DNA of 63,030 nt, counting the filler, from Octopus bimaculoides (lineage: Eukaryota), in NCBI RefSeq assembly GCF_001194135.2. It is 7 parts of 7 records of this genome, joined end to end, with 100 filler letters (N's around TTAATTAATTAA, not from the genome) between each part and the next. Parts side by side here need not be neighbours in the genome. Positions count along the whole stretch, not along the records: positions 44,803 to 57,149 come from NC_068997.1; positions 57,250 to 60,772 come from NW_026393616.1; positions 60,873 to 63,030 come from NW_026438681.1; 4 more parts are not named here. The stretch is one strand, 5' to 3'. A program made the position numbers and the translations under genes. Below the pieces are notes generated by a model that was not told the DNA's origin, made no database searches, and saw only the letters and a program-made list of their open reading frames with translations. This document shows positions 53,240-63,030 of this stretch, piece by piece; the first letter of the stretch is position 1; every line of letters begins with the position of its first letter.

Positions 53240-55313
53240 CGTATGTGCCGATTCGTATGCATTGTTTTATGTATGTATTCTCATGCGTATAGTTAAATGA
53301 TAATTTAACTATAATTTAACATATATAATTAAATGATAAACTTCTAGAATGGTAATGCTCACTTTGGCACTATATGGACACAGGGTGAAGGGAATCAGAA
53401 CAAATACCACGAAGCACTCTGAGAGACGTCCTAACAACTGTGCCAATTCGTTGCAGTCAGAGGGAAGTCTGGGGAACTGGATTCTGGCCCGGATATGAGT
53501 AAAAAGAGTAAAGAGTGAAGTCTGCTCCCATTTCATTGGTTTCTATTTCTTTTCTTTCTTTTTTCGAGAGAGAGAGAAAGAAAAATAGAGAGAGAGAAGG
53601 AGAGAATGAGAAAGAGAGGAATAGATGGAAGGAGAGAGAGAGAAAGAGAGAGAGAGAAAGAGAGTAAAATGTGCTTGTAATTTTATGAATTCCATGGCTT
53701 CTTTTTTGCTCGTTAAAATAACTAATTTCGGAGATTATCAGCAATTTTTATTGCTGTGGTTAGAGTGACTTTGCACTTGCCTTTGTTGTTGTTGTTGTTG
53801 TTGTTGCTGTTGCTGTTGTTATTGTGGCTTACTGCAATTGGTGCGTATAGCAGGTAAATACATATCATAGTGCATTGACGTGCCTGTAGGCCTATAATGC
53901 TGCTAAGATGGCTCTGATTACAGACAGAAATAATAATATTACCTATATTTAGGGGATATGCCGAGAGTTTTTGACGCACTTTCTCCTTAGAGGAATCTAC
54001 TTTACAAATATCAAAGCGAATTTTATTTAAAAGTTTATATAAAGATATGGAGAAAACGTGTGTAGCTTCGACATACACAACTATTGTTACTCATTATTTC
54101 TAGTGACGGATTATCTATAAGGATAGACATAGGAATGTCCTAGAATACAGCAACCTTCGGATCTGTTAATATTGATTTCAAATTTTGACACAATCCCAGC
54201 GATTTCGAGGGTGTGGTGCTTAAGTCGATTACATCGATCTTAGTTTTCAACTGGTGCTTATTTTATCGACCCTGAAAGGATGAAAGACAAAGCCGACCAA
54301 GGTAGAATTTGAACTCAGACCGTAAAGTCGGACGAAATATCGTTAAGTATTTTGAACGGCTTGTTAACAATTCTTGCAGTTCGCCGTCTTCGGATCTGTA
54401 AATATTATAAGGACGGTCTCACACTATATATCTATTGACTGAACAATTTTAATTCTTTTTGAAGGAACTAATTCTCTGAGACATTTTCCTAAACATGAAT
54501 AAGAAAACTGGTAAACATAAATAAATTAGATGTTTTAGATATGTTAGTTTTCCTTGAGGAGAATAAATCTCTAGAATTTCGATCAGAACCCCTTTTTTAT
54601 AGTCAGTTTAACAGTTAAATTTAGTAAATATCACCACTGTAAAGCAAAACTTCTGATTTTACTGACTGCAGTCTCAGAGATGTTATATAAATCAGGTTAT
54701 TTTGTTTTGAAACGAACAGTATCGCGTATACTCCTGACAGCATTGTCCTAGTATTAAGTAGGAGAGGGAATCGAGATGACAAGGTTACTGCTTAAGACAA
54801 AGACATATAAACAAAAGTATACGATCAACACACACATACAATCAACACAGACACACCAACACACCAAGAAAACCAAGGCAAAATATCATGTAGAAGATTT
54901 ACGATGTAAACAAAGGTATATCGGCACATTATACGCAACAGAAGTTCAAGATAATAAGTAAAATAAAACAAACAAAAAAGCCGAATAAAATATAAACAAC
55001 ATGAAAGCGACAGGGGACAATGATAAAAAAAATATAATTAGCAGTAATAAGAAAATTAAAAATATCAGAAAACTAAATTTCTAGTGGTGTTAGAGAATGG
55101 CCACAAAACAGAGAAAGAATCTACAATAATATTAACATCAGCTGCTGCTACTGCTGCTGCTGATGATGCGGATGATGATGATGCGGATGATGATGATTAC
55201 TGTATGTGTAATATGAATAAGTTTGCATTATTCGGAAAAAATACAAAAAACCTGTCCCTTATATCACAAATATTTTTCTATTCTTCATCAGTGTTTGCAG
55301 ACACGCAGGCATA

Positions 55314-55388
<75 letters not shown>

Positions 55389-56042
55389 ATAAATTATGAT
55401 CAAATATCACGATAACTCAATGAGGTACTAAGTTCGTTAGATATCGAGGTCATTAATAACACTTGAAATAAAAATACACAAACACATGCATACATGTCTC
55501 GCGGGAAAAAGGAACAAAGTCAACGAACAAGAAATGAATACGCAAAATTTATATATCAGGGCCAAAAACAAGTCTTGGCATGAGAAACCGAAAGCAAGTT
55601 AAATGGAATGTCTTTCGATAAGGGTTTTTATAAGGAAAAACGCGTGAACGAAACACGTACACAAATGAACATTACGTTGAGAGATGGTAAATGGTTAAAA
55701 TAATATTCTCACCAAGAGAGAGCAACTAAATATTCTATGTTGTTTCAAACGCCTAATAACGGAAACATACTGTTTCACGGTCTTCGACAATCATAGATGA
55801 CCACTACAAGGTCATCAAAACAGAACAAAACGATCAAACAAACAGAATGGAGAAAGAACACGAGCATGAGATGCAGGTTATCTTTCGAATGAAAGGAAGC
55901 AAAAAAACACATGCAAAAAAATCTCACGATATTCATGAAACATACCTTCAGCATTGAGTCCATATATTTGTATGTCTTAGAGCGTAATTTATATTGCTAA
56001 CGTACAAGCTCGGAGAACAAATCTAGCTCTTCCAATGGTTTG

Positions 56043-56094
<52 letters not shown>

Positions 56095-56143
56095 NNNNNN
56101 NNNNNNNNNNNNNNNNNNNNNNNNNNNNNNNNNNNNNNNNNNN

Positions 56144-56195
<52 letters not shown>

Positions 56196-56414
56196 CTATA
56201 TAAATATATATAAGCATGTACGTATGTATTTACATATGGGTGTACATGCTCATAAATATACATGCATATAAGTCTATATATTCAAATACAAATATATAAA
56301 GAAATGTGTGTATATGTAATATATATATATATTATTTTATTCATTTATTTGCTTATTCATTTATTTGTTTCCATCAACTTTATATTATATGTGGGTATCT
56401 ATCTATCTATCTGT

Positions 56415-56473
<59 letters not shown>

Positions 56474-56832
56474 CACAATCACACGCGCACACACACACTT
56501 ACGCACACACACACTTACGCACACACACACTTACGCACACACACACTTACGCACACACACATTGGCAGACCTCAACTTACATCGCTTCGAGTTACAACTT
56601 AATCGATTTTACGTCCTGTTATTATTTTAAAGAAATTAATGGAGAATAAACTGCAATCTCCGTCTATTTGTTCGTCTTTATGTCGCGCTTAGCAAACATA
56701 TTCAAAAGAATATCAATAAAAAAAAACAACAACTTAAAAACCAATACTGCATCAAATAAAGAATACACATAAGAATATGCACAATCTATTGATTAAAACA
56801 TATAAATTGATTAATATGTTGAAATGAGCAAC

Positions 56833-57050
56833 GCAGCGAGCTGGCAGAAACGTGAGAACGCCGGGCGAAATACTTAGCGGTATTTCGTCTGTCTTTACGT
56901 TCTGAGTTCAAAATCCGCCGAGCTCGACTTTGCTTTTCATCCTTTTGGTGTCGATAAATTGAGTACCAGTTGCGCACTGGGGTCGATCTAATCGACTGGA
57001 CACTCTCCTCCAAAATTTCAGGCCTTGTTCCTGGAGTATAAGAGAATATT
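56833..57050 (+). mobile_element. SINE family A
   Basis: gcagcgagctggcagaaacgtgagaacgccgggcgaaatacttagcgg...ggccttg. Confidence 0.85.
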
Positions 57051-57149
57051 TTGAAATGAGGTTTACTCGTTACGTCGTTTTTCGAAGTGTTAAGTCGCTT
57101 ATAACCCTCAGGATAACAGACAGCCTTGTATAAAATTATTTGTTGAGGA

Positions 57150-57249
57150 NNNNNNNNNNNNNNNNNNNNNNNNNNNNNNNNNNNNNNNNNNNNTTAATTA
57201 ATTAANNNNNNNNNNNNNNNNNNNNNNNNNNNNNNNNNNNNNNNNNNNN
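57150..57249. other. Artificial 100-bp scaffold linker
   Basis: 44 N + TTAATTAATTAA (57194-57205) + 44 N. Confidence 0.92.
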
Positions 57250-57281
<32 letters not shown>

Positions 57282-58448
57282 CACACATATATATATGTAC
57301 ATATATATGTAGCTATGTATATCTGTGTATGTATGTGTATAAAGATAGATAGATTGAGAGAGTGATTAACAGAGATAGATAGATACACAAATAGATAGAT
57401 AGATTGGTTGATTGATTGATTGACTGATTGATAGACTGACAGACTGATAGATTGACAGATGGTTAGAGAGACAGACAGAGAGATAAATATATTGACGAAG
57501 GAATATCGCCCTGTGAAAGAAAAATGAGAGTACAGTATGAAGTTTGACATAATCCTAAAAAGACATGATGGTCACGGTCAGGTTGTCATTGCTAACAGGT
57601 GAACTCAAGAAGAGTACATATATGTGAAATAGTAGCTAAATCCCCCTCTGATCAAACTATATCGACTTTGGACACGACGGTGTAAAGATGTGAAATTTTA
57701 GATTAGAAATGGATGTTCACGGATGGAACGTCTGTCTGGATGAGGACTGACCTGTGGCTAGATAAAAACGATTATAGCCGCTAATACTAATTACTGTACT
57801 ATACATTAAATAACGTAGTCCAAGATACACCGTGTCTGGATAAAACATGGGATGGCCACAGCTGGGACATGTTTGATCATAGGTCAGTCTCGACCAGGAC
57901 TGACCTGGGGCTAAACACTACCACCAACACCACCATTTCCACCCCACACCCCCGCATCGCCCACTCATGTACGTTATGCTTTAACAATGGATCTAACGAT
58001 CGTCAGCGGACAACAGAGAGATAATCCGTCCAGAAACGATTTACAAAATTGCATTTCGCTGGTTGTTTGCATTAGATAGGATTATGGCGGATTATCCCGG
58101 AAGTGGTTATCTTTGGCCCTCGTTGTGAAAATTTAGTTTTGCCGCGTTTAAACAACAAATGGGAATTAATGTTTTGTATTTATTTATTTATTTATCGAAT
58201 TTATTATTTCTAAAATGATTAAAAAAAATATTTTTATCTTTAGTGTTTTGTCTTTATTTTTTGTCTGTTATAAAAATCCCTCTTTCTTACTCTGTATGTG
58301 TGTGTGTGTGCGTGTGTATGGGTGTGTGTAAGTGCGCGTGAGTGTGTGTACATACATATGCATAAATATTTGTATGTATATATGCATATATACGCATATA
58401 TATGTGTGTGTATATATATATATGTATATAAAAATATATACACTCACA

Positions 58449-58489
<41 letters not shown>

Positions 58490-58722
58490 ATGTACATATA
58501 TAGGTAAGTATATATACATACATATATATACACATATATAGGTGTATATACATACATACATATATATACACATATATAGGTGTATATACACACATATATT
58601 TATACATATGTATAAATAATAGGATTCTGTGGNNNNNNNNNNCATATATATACACATATATAGGTGTATATACACACATATATTTATACATATGTATAAA
58701 TAATAGGATTCTGTGGAAATGT

Positions 58723-58753
<31 letters not shown>

Positions 58754-58799
58754 CACGTAAATGAGTGTTCAAGAATGCATCTGTGTTTAGCTTACTGTG

Positions 58800-58832
<33 letters not shown>

Positions 58833-58851
58833 GTGCTTATATGTATCCGCT

Positions 58852-58889
<38 letters not shown>

Positions 58890-59309
58890 TGGTTCGTTTG
58901 TCCGTCACTGATCTCTCCAAACTGTCTTCGACTGTTCAAATTGATTGGCAGAGTTAATCCCCTTTGCTGGCAGTTGAAACCAGCTAGGATGCAGTTAGAC
59001 ATCTCACTCACAGTGACGTCACTCTTTCTGTCTCCTTTCTACCTCCCCACCTCCTCTCTTTCTCTCCATCTCTCTTCTCCACATATATATATACATATAT
59101 ATATATAAACAAATATATACACACACACATATATGTGTATATATACATAACTATGTGCATATATATACATATATACACACACATATAGGTATATATGTAT
59201 GCATACACACACACACACAAATGTATACACAGACAAAATACACACGTATTTATATATGTATACATATGTATAGATAATAGGTTTCTGTGGAAATGTATAT
59301 CTATTCTAA

Positions 59310-59360
59310 ACAAAACCGTCCGACGAACGGGAATGTGAAACTCTGAGTAACAGCTTTTGT
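59310..59360 (+). ncRNA. Type I hammerhead-like fold with variant core CCGACGA
   Basis: acaaaaccgt-CCGACGA-ACG(GGAA)TGT-GAA-ACTC(T)GAGT-A-acagcttttgt: all three stems can be drawn; predicted cleavage triplet GUA at 59347-59349. Confidence 0.65.
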
Positions 59361-59394
59361 TATATTTCTGCTGATTTTTAATTAAAAGTATGGG

Positions 59395-59573
59395 GAGAGG
59401 GGGGCAAGTCGATTACATCCACGCTAATATACTACTGGTACTTAATTTATCAACCCCCGAAAGGATGAAAGGCAAAGTCGACCTCGGCGGAATTTGAACT
59501 CAGAATGTAACGGCAGACGAAATACCGCCAAGCATTTCGTCCGGTGTGCTAACGATTCTGCCAGCACGCCACC
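59395..59573 (-). mobile_element. SINE family A
   Basis: Reverse complement of the family A consensus. Confidence 0.8.
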
Positions 59574-59615
59574 TTCAATAATAATAAAACTGATGATGAT
59601 GATGATGATGATGAA

Positions 59616-59659
<44 letters not shown>

Positions 59660-59954
59660 GAAGAAGAAGAAGAAGAAGAAAGACGGCTTCGAATGATGTT
59701 TTGGTACCAGGGACGGTCTGTTTACCGATTGTACTGTAACGTACCGGAATGCCATCTTATTTATTGTGTCCAGTAGACAACAATATGTACCTAGTGACCA
59801 ACCAGAACACTACACTGGTATGACGTCATTTCCTGTTAGTTACCGAGAACTTGTAATTATATTTCAGTGGGTGTTCAAGTACGGGGTTTAAACAGTAAAA
59901 TATGTGTGTGTGTGTGTGTCTATATATGAATACGTGTATATATTACGCATTAAT

Positions 59955-59991
<37 letters not shown>

Positions 59992-60180
59992 TGTCTATGG
60001 AACTATGGTATTTGCTCACTAGCACACAGACACACACATGTGCATATATATACTCAAGCATGCGTACATATATATCTGGAGATACACATATGCGTATACG
60101 TACAAATATATATAATTTTACACGAACATGCGTATAACCTGCACGTATACTTCATACATCCATCCATACACGGTACATAA

Positions 60181-60218
<38 letters not shown>

Positions 60219-60772
60219 ATGTGTGTGTGTGTGTGTGTATGTATGTGTGTTTGTGTGTATGTGTGTTTGTGTGTATGTGTGTGTGTGTGTGTGTGTATAC
60301 TTATATTTACATACTAATGTGTTACACAAAATGGCGGACGTTTGTGCATTGTGAGAATTGTACGAGAAATTGCCGTAATTGGCGAGGATAACAAGATTTG
60401 TAAGGTCGGATAGCTTTGTTCTGCAACGACTTGTTGTTGTTGTTCTTGTTGTTGTTGCTTATTACATTTCTACAGATTCGTGTAGTTTTTGTTGTTGCTG
60501 ATTGCGTTTCATTCTTTTATTCCTTCGCTTGTTTCAATCGCTTGACCGCGGCCATGCTGGAGCACCGCCTTTAAGTCTTCGTAAGCGTTAGTAGCTATTC
60601 TATCGGGTGTCTCTTGCCGAACCGCGAAGTTACGACGACGTAAACACACCAGCATCGGTTGTCAAGCGATGCTGAGGGGTGGGGTGGGGACACAAACACA
60701 GACACACAAACACATGCACACACACACATACATACATACATACATACATACATGCATATACCCCCCCCCCAC

Positions 60773-60872
60773 NNNNNNNNNNNNNNNNNNNNNNNNNNNN
60801 NNNNNNNNNNNNNNNNTTAATTAATTAANNNNNNNNNNNNNNNNNNNNNNNNNNNNNNNNNNNNNNNNNNNN
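60773..60872. other. Artificial 100-bp scaffold linker
   Basis: 44 N + TTAATTAATTAA (60817-60828) + 44 N. Confidence 0.92.
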
Positions 60873-60911
<39 letters not shown>

Positions 60912-61479
60912 TCACACAGTCTTACACAGACACATACACATATATAAACGTGTATTCTTATATTCATGTACATACAAATATGTACATTTACACATGTATA
61001 TACGTGTATAAATACATATACACACTCACATACAGGCATATACACACACGTACATGAAATAATCAGATGACGACGTAATGTTTCTAGTCTGACCACTGGT
61101 CACTCAACGTGATATTCTCCGTAACATCGCCAGTCCCCTTAACACATAGTTCTGAAGTAGATTAAAAGCAGCTCATTATCTCTAGTGGCCCCTTAAAATA
61201 TGGACCTTAGAGCGGAGACAATGAGAGGGAAAGTTGGTTTGGAGGGGCTGGAAACTGGCCGTTGTCCGTTGATTAGTCTTGGCCGTAGTCGCTGATACAT
61301 GACTGAATTACACACAGCAGTTAGTTTAAATGACCAAGAGATTGACTGACCACAATAATGGACATGTAAGATACGTAGCTTAAGACTGGAACATGCTTAA
61401 GGGTCAGTTTGTCTGAAGTCAAGTGGCTTTAGGGGAAAACGGACGTTTAAGGTGAAAGTTTTCAAGTGGTCACTACTCC

Positions 61480-61510
<31 letters not shown>

Positions 61511-61520
61511 NNNNNNNNNN

Positions 61521-61649
61521 CACAGTTCCGGGTTCAGTTCCACTGCGTGGCATCTTGGGCAAGTGTCTTCTACTATAGCCTCGGGCCGACCAAAGCCTTG
61601 TGAGTAGATTTGGTAGACGGAAACTGAAAAGAAGCCCGTCGTATATATG

Positions 61650-61680
<31 letters not shown>

Positions 61681-61895
61681 ATATGTTTGTATGTCTGTGT
61701 TTGTCCCCCCTATCATCGCTTGACAACCGATGCTGGTGTGTTTATGTCCCCGTAACTTAGCGGTTCGGCAATAGAGAGACCGATAGAATAAGTACTAGGC
61801 TTCTAAAGAATAAGTCCCGGGGTCGATTTGCTCGACTGAAGGCGGTGCTCCAGCATGGCCACAGTCAAAAGACTGAAACAAGTAAAAGAGTAAAA
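61521..61895 (+). mobile_element. SINE family B, CpG-intact copy
   Basis: gttccgggttcagttccactgcgtggc...gcctcgggccgaccaaagcc...gaagcccgtcg...ggcggtgctccagcatggcc. Confidence 0.88.
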
Positions 61896-62372
61896 GAACA
61901 TGCATACATACATGTGCGCGCGCACACACATACACATACAATATACATACATACATAGAATGATACATATATACATATATAAATATGTATGTATGTATAT
62001 ATATATTATATATATATGAATATATATAAATGTATCTTATCTATAAAAGGCAGATTTTCTCTGTGTGTGTGTCTGTATGTTTAAAATTCATACATGTACA
62101 CAATTCCAAATTTCTTGGATTAAAGAATCGGAATTAATATTCTAAATTAATTAGGTCACTGCGTCATTTTTTCAATCAAAATAACTCATAATTACGAATA
62201 AAATCCATAAAACTACACAAATAAACATTTCCACCTCCTAATAAAATCTATTTCTCAACTGATTTTTGGGGTATATATACCACCTCCTCTTCCTGTCTTT
62301 TCACAATGTAACCTCGTGGGCATCGGTACCATTTTCCTCTTTCTCCGTTCTTCCATTCTCCGAACTTTCCAT

Positions 62373-62407
62373 CTTTCCGACGAAGGGCTACGCCCGAAAC
62401 GTCATAC
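62373..62407 (+). ncRNA. Minimal hammerhead-like motif with core CCGACGA; stem I degenerate
   Basis: CCGACGA-A-GGGC(TAC)GCCC-GAA-ACGT-C: stem II, palindromic stem III and GUC triplet are present, but only 1 bp of stem I. Confidence 0.5.
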
Positions 62408-62539
62408 ACTCTCTCTTTCCTTTCCTGAGCGTCCAATAACACTATTTATATCACGTCCTCACTTTGTTTTTTTTTTGTTATTGTTTTTGTTTGAACTTAT
62501 ATATATATGTATATATATATATATATATATACACACACA

Positions 62540-62729
62540 GACGGGTAATGTTGAAAAGTTCCTCCAATAATTATGATTTTATTCAAAGATATTCCCCTCT
62601 CAGAATCATACACTCATTGCAGTGGTCCTTCAAGTGTTCTGAGCCCTGTGAAAGAACTCGGAAGGTTCGATCTCAAACTAGGCCTTTCGCGATGCCCTTA
62701 AAGCCAGGAACGTTTCAGTACCCTTCGTA
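62540..62729. mobile_element. Mariner-derived MITE (~190 bp)
   Basis: Ends acgggtaatgttgaaaagttcct and aggaacgtttcagtacccttcgta are imperfect inverted repeats; TA at the right end; no coding capacity. Confidence 0.65.
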
Positions 62730-62745
62730 TATATAGAAGTGTGTG

Positions 62746-62783
<38 letters not shown>

Positions 62784-63030
62784 CATATTTCTTTCTTTCC
62801 TTCTTTCTTTCTTTCTTTCTGTGTGTCTGTCTCTCCATCTATTTGCCCAGTATCATCCTACCTATCCATCTGTATACCTCTCTCTTCTTTATCTCCCCCT
62901 CTCTCTGCTCTAACTCCGCCTCTCTCCCCACTATCTCTAACTTTCTCCTCTCTGTCTCCCTCGCTCTCCCCTCCTCCTTTCTCTCCATACACACCCATAC
63001 ACATCTGTGCATATATATATAAATATATAT

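Overview
AT-rich, microsatellite- and retroposon-dense eukaryotic DNA. The repeat families point to an octopus genome (inferred, not database-checked). Six identical 100-bp spacers (44 N + TTAATTAATTAA + 44 N, a six-frame stop linker) split the window into seven pieces that may be unrelated scaffolds, so synteny across them cannot be assumed. Two host genes are supported: four consecutive, in-phase internal exons of the myotubularin-related pseudophosphatase Sbf (SBF1/SBF2, MTMR5/13) on the minus strand at 18.7-24.1 kb, and an EGF-repeat exon plus a transmembrane exon of a MEGF10/SCARF-like receptor on the plus strand at 3.35-5.05 kb. The rest is tRNA-derived SINEs, fragments of RTE, RLE-type and APE LINEs, Penelope-like element (PLE) remnants, a full-length but inactivated IR/DR-type Tc1, mariner relics and simple repeats. 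The most interesting non-coding signals are three hammerhead-ribozyme folds (two with a non-canonical CCGACGA core), a ~120-nt wobble-rich hairpin, and a CpG-depleted domain over the Sbf introns. I found no firm evidence of a wholly new multi-gene system; the variant hammerheads are the best lead.
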